A stretch of 64,000 bases of DNA from a bacterium (GTDB lineage: Bacteria > Cyanobacteriota > Vampirovibrionia > Gastranaerophilales > JBAXKC01): the NCBI GenBank assembly GCA_037137535.1, contig JBAXKC010000001.1:160001-224000 (forward strand), in the 5' to 3' direction. The translations under genes were made by a program, and so were the position numbers. Shown here one piece after another: positions 19,130 through 28,672 of the stretch. The first letter of the stretch is position 1, and every line of letters begins with the position of its first letter. The notes below the pieces were generated by a model. That model had not been told where the DNA came from, did not search any database, and saw nothing but the letters and a program-made list of their open reading frames with translations.

Positions 19130-19213
19130 TCATAATCCCCAAAGCATATTCATCCAGCTGACTCGTCTGAGCCAGTTTGATGAATTTAATATAATGCTTC
19201 GTAAATTGTACAT
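19130..19213 (-). CDS. Unannotated 27-aa Trp-rich small protein or leader peptide MYNLRSIILNSSNWLRRVSWMNMLWGL
   Basis: Manual translation; AGGA upstream; shares NWLxRVxWMxxLWGL* with 18710-18796. Confidence 0.75.
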   Translation of the reverse strand: MYNLRSIILNSSNWLRRVSWMNMLWGL

Positions 19214-19374
19214 AGGTTTTTATTTCCTGAATTTCTTTTATATGTTCATGTAAAACCATTACAAACAAATTATTGATTGGAAAGATTACACTTATTTACA
19301 AAAGTTAAAATTTAATATTACATTTTAAAAATTATACATGAAAAAATAGAAGTTTCAATAATCTTAATAAAGGC

Positions 19375-20190
19375 TTAATCTATACTGAAAGCAAAATCTT
19401 TACCAAGAACCTTTTCTCTGAGGCTTAGAAGGTCTTTACCATACGCCTTTGTCAGCTCGTCGCCCAGCGTCTGCTCTACATCAAGTAAAAACATATCATG
19501 AATAATAACTTCTTTCATAACAAGGACTATTCCTGGGTTTTTTGTCCATACAGCCTGTGGAGCACCTTTTATGCTTGAAATAACACCTGTTATTCCTTCT
19601 TTATCATCGACAGTTATAACAACCCAACGACCGCCTAAAGAATTTTCAATAGTTCGACCTAATCCATGCTGATAAACCAAGCCAAAATCAAGAGTTACAT
19701 CGTTATATCCGACAACTTTAATATCAACGCCACGGTCATAAGCTTCTTTTAACGGTTTTTCAAGATAAGGCAAATCTTCATGCCATAACTCCAGAAAAAT
19801 TTCACTTTGAGCATGTTCTATCATCTCAATTGCTTTTTTATAAATATTTTTTTCGCCATTCAAATTTAAAATAGGCTGAACAACATTTTCAGATAAATTA
19901 GACAAGTTATCTCTTAAAAAACTAACTGAAGAATTAAAAGCTCTTTCACATCTTGTTAAAAGCTCGTCATGAGGGATAGGAACATAAGTTGCAGGCTTCG
20001 CACCTGTTGCAACAACGACTTGTCGAGTCTCAAGACTTTTTAAAGTATCATAAGCTCTTGCCTGCGGAACTCCAGATTCTTTACTTACTTCATAACCTGT
20101 TGCAGGATTATGTTTTAACAATGCAACATAAACTTTAGCTTCATAAGAATTAAAGCCTAATTCTTTTAAATGTGATAAAATATCATCCAT
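19375..20190 (-). CDS. TrmB family transcriptional regulator
   Basis: LGFNSYEAKVYVALL...ATGYEVSKESGVPQARAYDTL; C-terminal PLD-like effector domain. Confidence 0.92.
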   Translation of the reverse strand: MDDILSHLKELGFNSYEAKVYVALLKHNPATGYEVSKESGVPQARAYDTLKSLETRQVVVATGAKPATYVPIPHDELLTRCERAFNSSVSFLRDNLSNLSENVVQPILNLNGEKNIYKKAIEMIEHAQSEIFLELWHEDLPYLEKPLKEAYDRGVDIKVVGYNDVTLDFGLVYQHGLGRTIENSLGGRWVVITVDDKEGITGVISSIKGAPQAVWTKNPGIVLVMKEVIIHDMFLLDVEQTLGDELTKAYGKDLLSLREKVLGKDFAFSID

Positions 20191-20353
20191 GAGTTCTAAT
20201 AATCTCTTCTCTTTTATTTATTAGTAAAACTAAAATTTTTATTACTATTTACTGCTATAAATAAGAATAACATAAACTTAATTATAACATTTTTGTCAAG
20301 TAATCAATAAAATTTAAAGAAATTCTTAAAATTACATTAACGTAGAAGATAAA

Positions 20354-21226
20354 ATGAATAAAATAAACTCCATTAAACACAAAATATTTGAATATTTAGA
20401 AATGATAAAATTTGAACATACTGTTTTTGCCTTACCCTTTGCCCTTGCAGGTATGCTTCTAGCTAAAAGTACAGGATTTCCTGACATAATAGCTGTTATC
20501 ATGGTCATAACAGCTATGGTAAGCGGAAGGACTGCGGCAATGAGCCTTAATCGACTAATTGACGCAGATATTGACAAACTTAATCCACGCACGCAGGATA
20601 GAGCAATTCCTGCAGGAAAAATCAAAAAAATATCCGCTTTAGTTCTTGCCCTAATAAGTTTCATTATTTTAACACTGGCAACAATGCAATTACCTTCTAT
20701 ATGCCTTAAATTACTACCTATGGCGATAGGGATATTGATTCTATATTCTTATACCAAAAGATTTACAGAATTATCGCATTTTGTCCTTGGTGCAGCCCTT
20801 GGAGCAGCAGCAACAGGAGGATGGATTGCCGTAAGCGGAGCATTAACTATACCTTCCGTTCTATGGGGAATAGCAGTAATGTTTTGGGTGGCAGGTTTTG
20901 ATATAATTTACGCTATTCAAGATATTGACTTTGACAGAGAACACAAGCTATTCAGCATTCCTGCCAAATTAGGAGCAAAAAATTCGCTGAGATTATCAAA
21001 ATTTTTACATGTTCTAACTGTATTAATTTTAGCCATAATTTCTTTTATCTATCCTCAAGGCTTCTTTTATTACTTTGCAATTGCCTTTATTGCTGTTATG
21101 TTTATATATGAACACTCTCTAATCAATGAGAATGATTTAAAAAAAATCAATATTGCTTTTTTTAATGTAAACGGTTACGTTAGTATTGCAGTATTTATAT
21201 TTGTACTTCTGAATAAACTATTTTAG
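20354..21226 (+). CDS. UbiA-family prenyltransferase (MqnP-like)
   Basis: KFEHTVFALPFA, NRLIDADIDKLNPRT, GFDIIYAIQDIDFD, AFFNVNG. Confidence 0.9.
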   Translation: MNKINSIKHKIFEYLEMIKFEHTVFALPFALAGMLLAKSTGFPDIIAVIMVITAMVSGRTAAMSLNRLIDADIDKLNPRTQDRAIPAGKIKKISALVLALISFIILTLATMQLPSICLKLLPMAIGILILYSYTKRFTELSHFVLGAALGAAATGGWIAVSGALTIPSVLWGIAVMFWVAGFDIIYAIQDIDFDREHKLFSIPAKLGAKNSLRLSKFLHVLTVLILAIISFIYPQGFFYYFAIAFIAVMFIYEHSLINENDLKKINIAFFNVNGYVSIAVFIFVLLNKLF

Positions 21227-21231
21227 GAACT

Positions 21232-22038
21232 ATGCAAAAAGTATTTAAAACATTAGAAGAAACCATAACCTATAAGATTTTTAAACTATTAGTTCTTTAT
21301 TTTGCAGAATTAATAGAAGTTGTAGGCGATTTAGGTATAAATTTATATCAGGCCGTCAAGTTTCTTTTTACCGGCGAAATCAACCTGAAAAACACTATTG
21401 ACCAATGCTCAAGATTTGGATTTGATTCCTTATATATAACACTTTCTATGGTTGGCGTGTCAGGAATGATTATAGCTCTTGAAATAGCGTATGAAATGTC
21501 GAAACAAGGAGCGGGAAACTTTGTAGGTTCGCTTGTAACTCTTTCAATGATAAAAGAGATAGGCCCTATAATGGCAAGTTTTGCTATTATATCAATGGTT
21601 GGCTCTTCAATGGCAGCGGAAATAGGTACAATGAAAGTAACTGAACAGGTTGATGCGTTAAAAATCCTTCGTGTAAATCCTATCGGTTATCTTATAGTAC
21701 CTAGAATAATAGCAGGATTTGTAATGATGCCTTTCATTGTCATAATCTCAACCTGTGTAGGAATCTTAGGAGGAATGATAGCAAGCAATTTAACAGCAGG
21801 GATAAGCTGTTTAAACTATCTGCAATCAGTATGGTCAGGTCTTTATGAAAAGGACATTATCGTATGCCTAATAAAAAGCTGTATTTTAGGCGGAATGATA
21901 TCTTTAATTTGCTCTTCTATCGGATATAAAACCGAAGGAGGAGCGATGGAAGTAGGAACAGCCACAACTAAAGCCGTTGTGTGGTCTTTTGTGACAATAG
22001 TTATAATTGATTATATAATATCATTAATGTTTTTCTAA
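21232..22038 (+). CDS. mlaE: MlaE family ABC permease
   Basis: KEIGPI, AAEIGTMKVTEQVDAL, GGAMEVGTATTKAVV. Confidence 0.93.
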   Translation: MQKVFKTLEETITYKIFKLLVLYFAELIEVVGDLGINLYQAVKFLFTGEINLKNTIDQCSRFGFDSLYITLSMVGVSGMIIALEIAYEMSKQGAGNFVGSLVTLSMIKEIGPIMASFAIISMVGSSMAAEIGTMKVTEQVDALKILRVNPIGYLIVPRIIAGFVMMPFIVIISTCVGILGGMIASNLTAGISCLNYLQSVWSGLYEKDIIVCLIKSCILGGMISLICSSIGYKTEGGAMEVGTATTKAVVWSFVTIVIIDYIISLMFF

Positions 22039-22051
22039 CCGGTGGTGTAAA

Positions 22052-22786
22052 ATGAGCGACAAAACCCTAATTGAACTTAAAAATGTAACAAAAATCTTTG
22101 ACAGAAGAGCAATATTAAAGAAAATAAGCTTTTCTGTAAAATCAGGAGAAACAGTTGCAATAGTAGGATTTAGCGGATCAGGAAAAAGTACTGTTTTAAA
22201 ATTAATAAGCGGACTGATTAACGCTAATTCAGGTGAAATCAAAGTAAGAGACGAAAACATAGCCATGGTCTTCCAATACTCGGCTCTTTTTGATTCATTA
22301 AATATTTATGAAAATGTAGCATTTGCCTTAAGAGAACGAAAAGAATTTAAGAAAAAATATAAAGAACATGAACTTCAAACAATAGTAAAAGAAAACCTTG
22401 GTAAAGTCGGATTACATAACATAGAAAACAAGTTTCCAAGTGAAATATCCGGCGGTATGCAAAAACGAGTCAGCTTTGCGAGAGCAATAATGACAAATCC
22501 TAAGATAATACTGTATGATGAGCCTACAGCAGGACTAGATCCAGTTTCCTCAACAGTTATTGAAGATTATATAGCTCACCTTAAAAATGAAACAAATGCA
22601 GCTTCAATCGTTGTTACTCACCAGATGTCAACAATTCAAAGAACCGCAGACCGAGTAATAATGTTATATAGAGGAAGAATCGTCTGGGAGGGAACTCCTC
22701 AAGAAATGTTAAAATCAACAGATCCTTTTGCTTATCAGTTTGTTCACGCAAAAAAAGACGGTCCAATGGTATCTGTTGCAGTTTAA
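22052..22786 (+). CDS. mlaF: MlaF family ABC ATPase
   Basis: GFSGSGKS, FQYSALFDSL, SGGMQKRV, YDEPTAGLDP. Confidence 0.93.
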   Translation: MSDKTLIELKNVTKIFDRRAILKKISFSVKSGETVAIVGFSGSGKSTVLKLISGLINANSGEIKVRDENIAMVFQYSALFDSLNIYENVAFALRERKEFKKKYKEHELQTIVKENLGKVGLHNIENKFPSEISGGMQKRVSFARAIMTNPKIILYDEPTAGLDPVSSTVIEDYIAHLKNETNAASIVVTHQMSTIQRTADRVIMLYRGRIVWEGTPQEMLKSTDPFAYQFVHAKKDGPMVSVAV

Positions 22787-22895
22787 CAAATTCCTACAAA
22801 GAAACTAGAGTATTTAACGGTTTAGTTGTATTATACTTACATCAAACAGGTATTTATTTTAAACTTCTTGTTATTAATAAAGGAAATTTATTCAT

Positions 22896-24266
22896 ATGAA
22901 ATTATCGCCTGCACTAAAGGTTGGTTTATTAACTCTTATAGCACTTATTATATTGATATTTAGTCTTATGTGGCTTAAAGGAAGAGCTCTTTCCAGCGGA
23001 GAGAGAATAGAAGTAATGTTCAAAGACGTAGACGGAATGCGTCCCGGTTCTGCTGTTCAAATGATGGGCATCAGAGTAGGACAAGTAGAAGATGTTATTC
23101 CTGTGGTGGATAAAGACTACAGCCATGTTAAATTAAAATTTGTGATAACTGATCCTAATGTTTCAATCCCTATTGCCTCAACCATTTCTATTCAGCAATC
23201 AGGAATTATTGGTGAAAAATTCCTTGAAATAACACCCCCTAAAATTCAAACAGTATTTTTACCTGTAAATAAAAAAACTAAAAACGAAGTCAAAGAGGGC
23301 GGAACAGTTAAATTCCTCTTTAAAGATAAATTTATCTCAATCGGTGAAATTAAAAAAGTTGAACGTGTGGATAAACTGACTTTACCAAAATTTTTACAAG
23401 ATGATATCAATTCAAATTTTGCGTATAAAATTGGTTATATAGTAACAAAACCGGGTGTAATAGTTCCTGATGGAAGTACTGCAAAACTTTCATTTGATAA
23501 AATAACAGAAAACCCTGAAGTAAAACTTACTCCTCCTGAGAAAATAATTGTTCAAGTACCTGACGCCACAACAAAATATACCATTGTTGAGCCGATGAGA
23601 TTTAAAGAATTTCTCGATATTCAATTAGAGTCGGTTTTAGCTCTAAAAGAAACAAATGACAGAATAAACGTTCTTTTATCAGAAGACTCTATTGATGATT
23701 TAAAAACAACCTTGAAAAATACTAAGAATCTTACTGCCAGTGCAAATGAAACATTAAAGCAGGCTAATCTTCTTATAACAAGCACCAGAAGTGACTTCAC
23801 AACGCTTATGACAATGGCAAATAAGCTTGGTAATAACGTTGATGTTCTTTCAAGAAATGTTAATGATATAGTCGGAAACGATCAATTCAAAAACAACCTT
23901 ATTTCAACGACAGAATCAATTAGAAAATCCACTCAAGAACTAAATGATTTAATCGAAAAATCAGAACTTAAAGACACTTTAAAATATATGAACTCAACTG
24001 TTAAAGATGCTTCAGAAGTATCGTCATACTTTAATAGCTATTTTAAAGATGTAAATGTAACTAAAAAAATGGATAAAACTATTGATAATTTGAATACTTC
24101 ACTTGAAAATATGTCTAAAACACTTGAAAAAGTGAATAATTTAAGTTCTGATGAAGATAAAAATCTCAGAGAAATTATTAGAAATTCATCTGACACAACT
24201 AAAAATCTTAAACACTTCTCTGAAAAATTAAATAAAAAATTCTTATTATTCAGACTAATGTTCTAA
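22896..24266 (+). CDS. mlaD: MlaD/MCE family protein with long helical C-terminus
   Basis: N-terminal TM, DGMRPGSAVQMMGIRVGQV, SGIIGEKFLEITP; follows mlaEF. Confidence 0.88.
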   Translation: MKLSPALKVGLLTLIALIILIFSLMWLKGRALSSGERIEVMFKDVDGMRPGSAVQMMGIRVGQVEDVIPVVDKDYSHVKLKFVITDPNVSIPIASTISIQQSGIIGEKFLEITPPKIQTVFLPVNKKTKNEVKEGGTVKFLFKDKFISIGEIKKVERVDKLTLPKFLQDDINSNFAYKIGYIVTKPGVIVPDGSTAKLSFDKITENPEVKLTPPEKIIVQVPDATTKYTIVEPMRFKEFLDIQLESVLALKETNDRINVLLSEDSIDDLKTTLKNTKNLTASANETLKQANLLITSTRSDFTTLMTMANKLGNNVDVLSRNVNDIVGNDQFKNNLISTTESIRKSTQELNDLIEKSELKDTLKYMNSTVKDASEVSSYFNSYFKDVNVTKKMDKTIDNLNTSLENMSKTLEKVNNLSSDEDKNLREIIRNSSDTTKNLKHFSEKLNKKFLLFRLMF

Positions 24267-24268
24267 TT

Positions 24269-25354
24269 ATGAAAAAATTTATAGCTAATCTTCATTATAA
24301 AACTGATTACAGCTTATTAGAAAAACTTGTTCTCCTTAATCTTAAGGCTTGTTCGGGATTTTATCGTGCAATAACATCGATTAGATTATGTTTATACAAA
24401 TATAATTTAATAAAATCCACTAAAGTAAAGGCTTATGTTATTTCAATTGGTAATATAACAACAGGAGGAACCGGTAAAACACCTCTTACTGCGGAAATAG
24501 CAAATTATATAAGCAATACACTTAATAAAAAAGTTGCAATTATAAGCAGAGGTTATGCGGGAAGCCTTTCTTCAAAAAATACAAATGTTATTAGCGATGG
24601 AACAAATATACTTTATACAGCAGAAGAAGCAGGAGAAGAGCCTTTTTGGCTGGCACAAAACTGCCCTAACTCAATAGTGATAACAGGAAAAAGCAGAATA
24701 ACCTCAGCAGAAAAAGCTATTAGCGACTATAATTGCGAAGTTATTCTACTTGATGACGGTTTTCAACATCTAAAAATCAAACGGGACTTAAATCTAGCCG
24801 TAATAGACAGCAAGAATAAATTTGGAAATGACTTACTCTTACCTGCCGGTCCTTTAAGAGAGGCTTTAAACGAGCTAAAAAGAGCTGATAAGTTTGTAAT
24901 TACGGATAAATATCAATCAGAAGAAAAAAACATCGAGTTTAAAAATCATCTTGAAGAAAAGTATAAAAAAATAACTTATATAAGTCCGTTTAAACCATAT
25001 AAACTCTATAATATCAAAACAAATCAAGAGTTAAGCAGTGAAATCACAACAGTTTTAGCTTTTTGCGGAATAGGTCAGCCTGATTCGTTTTTTAATTTCA
25101 TTGAAGAAATGAATATACAAATAAACGATAAAATTATTTTTAAAGATCACTATAAATACACCGAAAGCGACATTAAACTTTTAGAAAAAAAACTTAACGA
25201 ATTAAAAAATCTTGCTATTGTAACAACCGAAAAAGATGCCGTTAAAATAGCGGATTTAACAGAGAATTTACCAATTTATGCACTACAGATCAAACCAGAA
25301 ATAGACTTAGATAATTTATTGAAAGACCTAAGAGATGACAGAAAAGAAACTTAA
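24269..25354 (+). CDS. lpxK: Tetraacyldisaccharide 4'-kinase
   Basis: SIGNITTGGTGKTP, SRGY, LDDGFQH, LPAGPLRE, TTEKDAVK. Confidence 0.96.
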   Translation: MKKFIANLHYKTDYSLLEKLVLLNLKACSGFYRAITSIRLCLYKYNLIKSTKVKAYVISIGNITTGGTGKTPLTAEIANYISNTLNKKVAIISRGYAGSLSSKNTNVISDGTNILYTAEEAGEEPFWLAQNCPNSIVITGKSRITSAEKAISDYNCEVILLDDGFQHLKIKRDLNLAVIDSKNKFGNDLLLPAGPLREALNELKRADKFVITDKYQSEEKNIEFKNHLEEKYKKITYISPFKPYKLYNIKTNQELSSEITTVLAFCGIGQPDSFFNFIEEMNIQINDKIIFKDHYKYTESDIKLLEKKLNELKNLAIVTTEKDAVKIADLTENLPIYALQIKPEIDLDNLLKDLRDDRKET

Positions 25355-26405
25355 AATACTTGTTGTAAGATATCGTTTTATTGGTGATACTGTACTTACT
25401 GTACCGTTTTTAAGAAACCTAAGAGCCGCTTACCCTGATGCCATAATTGATATGATTGTTGGACCTGTTTCAGGTGAAGTTATAGCGGAGTGTCCTTATG
25501 TTGATAATTTTATAATCTTTGATACCACAAGAAAACATAAATATGAAAATACAGATACCGAAAGAAAAACCTTTTTCAGCTATGTAAAAATGATAAAAAA
25601 ACAAAACTATGATAAGGCTTATGTTTTAAAAAGATCACTATCAAGTGCATTATTAGTATTTTTAGCAGGAATAAAAGAGAGAATAGGCTTCGATACAGAG
25701 CATAGAGGTATTTTACTCACTAAAAAAGTAAAATATGATGAAAAAGTTCACGAAGTCGAAAGTTTCCTTGATGTATTAAAAGCAGATAATGTAGCGGTAA
25801 AAGACAGCTACCTTGAAAATCATGTATCAGAAAAAGCAAAAGATAAAATTGAAGATATTTTATACAGCTTAAAACTTGAAGATAATCCTAAAGTTTTAAT
25901 TCACGCAACAAGCGGAAATGCCAATAAACATTGGAGAAGTAAAGATTTTGCCGAAGTAATCGAATATTTATCAAATGTTAGACGCTGTCAGATATTTTAT
26001 ACAGGAACAAAAGCAGACTATGACATTTACAGCGAAATTCACAGCCATATAAATGCGACACTTAAAGTGAAACCTATAAATTTATGCGGAGAACTTTCAA
26101 TTCAGGATAGCATGGCCTTAATAAATAAAATGAACTTTGTTGTAGGAGTTGATTCAGGCACATTACACATTGCAGCCTCTTTAAATATACCTGTAATAGG
26201 TATTTATGGGCCTATGAGTCCTACAAAATGGAAAGCCTACGGAGATATTCATACGTCATTATATTCTGACAGAGAATGCGTTCCCTGCGGATTAAGAAAA
26301 AAATGCCCCATAAATAACCAATGTCTAAAAGACATAACTTCAGATATGGTTATACAAGAATGCAAAAAAGCCTTAGAAAACAAAACAAGAAACGGCTATG
26401 AATAA
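25335..26405 (+). CDS. LPS heptosyltransferase II-like, GT9
   Basis: FIGDTVLTVP, GVDSGTLHIAA, GIYGP, CVPC...C...CL. Confidence 0.88.
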   Translation: MTEKKLKILVVRYRFIGDTVLTVPFLRNLRAAYPDAIIDMIVGPVSGEVIAECPYVDNFIIFDTTRKHKYENTDTERKTFFSYVKMIKKQNYDKAYVLKRSLSSALLVFLAGIKERIGFDTEHRGILLTKKVKYDEKVHEVESFLDVLKADNVAVKDSYLENHVSEKAKDKIEDILYSLKLEDNPKVLIHATSGNANKHWRSKDFAEVIEYLSNVRRCQIFYTGTKADYDIYSEIHSHINATLKVKPINLCGELSIQDSMALINKMNFVVGVDSGTLHIAASLNIPVIGIYGPMSPTKWKAYGDIHTSLYSDRECVPCGLRKKCPINNQCLKDITSDMVIQECKKALENKTRNGYE

Positions 26406-27570
26406 AGAGTTTTATTCTATTCTTCAATCTGAACTGTTGTCAATTGAAGAAAAAAAACTGCTGAGAACGATTAAAGAGCATAGCCAGAATGAAGGCGCAT
26501 GGGTCAATCTTAACGGCAAAAAAGTATTGCAGTTCTGCTCAAATGATTATTTAGGATTATCAAAAGATAAGCGATTATTAGATTCTATTATTGAAGCGGT
26601 CAACACTTACGGACATGGATCAACAGGCTCTAGGCTTATTACAGGAACACATACGCCACATGTAAAGCTTGAAGAAAAACTTGCAGAACTAAAAAAAACT
26701 GAGTCTTCTCTTGTATTTTCATGTGGATATTCGGCAAATATAGGCATACTTTCAGCCATATTAACAGAACAAGATGCTGTTTATTCCGATGAATTAAACC
26801 ATGCCAGTATAATTGACGGTATAAAACTTTCAAAAGCTCAAAAATATATCTATAAACATTGTGATATGGAGCATTTAGACGAAATATTAAGCCAAAACAC
26901 AAATAAACATAGACTAAATATAATTATTACAGATTCTATCTTTAGTATGGACGGAGATAGAGCGCCATTAAAAGAAATAGTAAACTTAAAAAAGAAATAT
27001 AATACTGTTTTATACGTTGATGAAGCCCATTCTTTCGGAATATACGGAAAAAGCGGTGAGGGACTTCTAGGCGAGCTTGATTTATCCGATCAGGCAGAAA
27101 TACAAATGGGAACTTTAAGCAAAGCCATCGGCTCAGAGGGTGGCTATGTGGCAGGGAATAATACTTTAATAAACTACCTCATCAATAAATCGAGATCCTT
27201 TATTTTTTCGACAGCTCCTTCTATTGCAACTGCGGCCGCCTCTTTAAAAGCAATAGAAATAATCGAAGAAAATCCTAAACTTAGAGAAAACTTTATTTCA
27301 AACATTAAATATTTTTCTGAAGGCTTAAAAGATATAGAAACTCAAAAAAACTTCCGATTATTACCGCAAGACTCTGCTATATTTGCCATTGAGTTCGGAA
27401 ATATTGAAAAAACTCTAAAAATATCTCATAATTTATTAGACAATTATAATATTCAAGCAGTAGCAATAAGACCTCCCACAGTTAAACAACCTGTAATAAG
27501 GTTTACGTTAAGTGCTTTACATTCAAAAAATGATATAGATTATCTGCTAAATTGTCTTTTAGAACAATAA
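26398..27570 (+). CDS. bioF: 8-amino-7-oxononanoate synthase
   Basis: FCSNDYLGL, GSRL, NHASIIDG, FSMDGD, DEAHS, GTLSKA, AIRPPTV. Confidence 0.9.
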   Translation: MNKEFYSILQSELLSIEEKKLLRTIKEHSQNEGAWVNLNGKKVLQFCSNDYLGLSKDKRLLDSIIEAVNTYGHGSTGSRLITGTHTPHVKLEEKLAELKKTESSLVFSCGYSANIGILSAILTEQDAVYSDELNHASIIDGIKLSKAQKYIYKHCDMEHLDEILSQNTNKHRLNIIITDSIFSMDGDRAPLKEIVNLKKKYNTVLYVDEAHSFGIYGKSGEGLLGELDLSDQAEIQMGTLSKAIGSEGGYVAGNNTLINYLINKSRSFIFSTAPSIATAAASLKAIEIIEENPKLRENFISNIKYFSEGLKDIETQKNFRLLPQDSAIFAIEFGNIEKTLKISHNLLDNYNIQAVAIRPPTVKQPVIRFTLSALHSKNDIDYLLNCLLEQ

Positions 27571-27657
27571 ATTCTTCTAATCCAAATGAACTATGACAAG
27601 GTTATAAAAAAAACATAGAATGGATTGTAACTATAACTTTATAAAATCAATTTTTGT

Positions 27658-27686
27658 TAAAGTCCAAAGGCATTTTTGCCGAAATA
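27658..27686 (+). promoter_or_regulatory. Possible sigma28 (FliA/SigD-type) promoter upstream of surE
   Basis: TAAA-16 nt-GCCGAAAT, close to the TAAA-N15/16-GCCGATAA consensus. Confidence 0.4.
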
Positions 27687-27724
27687 CAATAAATAGAAGT
27701 AGTTAGATTAGAAAAGGGAGCGCT

Positions 27725-28510
27725 ATGAAAATATTAATTTCCAACGATGATGGAATTCAGGCTTATGGAATAAGAGCGTTAGCGCAAAGGCTTGCTTTTG
27801 AACATGAGGTTTATGTTATAGCCCCTGATCGAGAAAGAAGCGCAGCAGGTCATGCACTTACTCTTCACAGACCACTAAGAGTTGAAGAAGTAAGCATGGG
27901 TTTTGATGTAGCAAGAGCTTGGGAAATTTCAGGAACTCCTGGTGATTGCGTCAAAATAGGAATAAGTGCTATTCTTGATATTATGCCTGATTTTGTTATT
28001 TCAGGTATAAATCACGGTCCTAATCTGGGTGCAGATATAATTTATTCGGGAACAGTAAGTGCCGCAATGGAAGGAGCTGTTTTAGGCTTTCCAAGTATAG
28101 CGATATCACATTGCAACACTAAACGTTTTGAGGCTCACGATTTTACTTATGCAGCAGACTTTATCGCTAAGTTTTTAAGTAATATTAAAAAAATAAACTT
28201 CCCTACAAAAACAATCTTAAATGTAAATATTCCTGCTATAAGTCCCGAAGAAGTTACAGGGCTTGAAATTACAAGACTTGGAACAAGAATGTACACCGAT
28301 GCTTACGAAAAACGTCTTGACCCGAGAGGAAAGGTTTATTACTGGTTAGCCGGCGAAATCATTGACACAGCAGAAGAAGAAGGTACAGACATTATGGCTA
28401 TAAGAAATAATAAAATTTCTATAACCCCTGTAACCTTTGAAATGACTAATAAAAATATCATGCCTGAGCTTGAACAGGCCTTTTGCGGCGGTGCTTGTCA
28501 ACTGTTCTAA
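27725..28510 (+). CDS. surE: 5'/3'-nucleotidase SurE
   Basis: ILISNDDGI, SGTPGDCV, SGINHGPNLG, YSGTVSAAMEG. Confidence 0.96.
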   Translation: MKILISNDDGIQAYGIRALAQRLAFEHEVYVIAPDRERSAAGHALTLHRPLRVEEVSMGFDVARAWEISGTPGDCVKIGISAILDIMPDFVISGINHGPNLGADIIYSGTVSAAMEGAVLGFPSIAISHCNTKRFEAHDFTYAADFIAKFLSNIKKINFPTKTILNVNIPAISPEEVTGLEITRLGTRMYTDAYEKRLDPRGKVYYWLAGEIIDTAEEEGTDIMAIRNNKISITPVTFEMTNKNIMPELEQAFCGGACQLF

Positions 28511-28528
28511 CTAATGACAAATAAACAA

Positions 28529-28568
28529 AAATCCCCTGACAAATTAAAGATGGTCAGGGGATTTGTTT
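28529..28568 (+). terminator. Rho-independent terminator after surE
   Basis: AAATCCCCTGAC...GTCAGGGGATTT then GTTT. Confidence 0.75.
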
Positions 28569-28672
28569 AAATTGATATTTTTATATTCTTTGCATAAAAT
28601 AAACAAACTACATATATTTCCACACAGTTAAAAATATACTCAATTAAAAACTAATTGTATAAAAGAGAAAAG

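Noticed and set aside
18700-19215. Known riboswitch (TPP, SAM, c-di-GMP, T-box) as explanation of the duplicated leader
   Set aside because: No recognisable consensus of those classes, and conservation follows codon structure; Rfam search not run.
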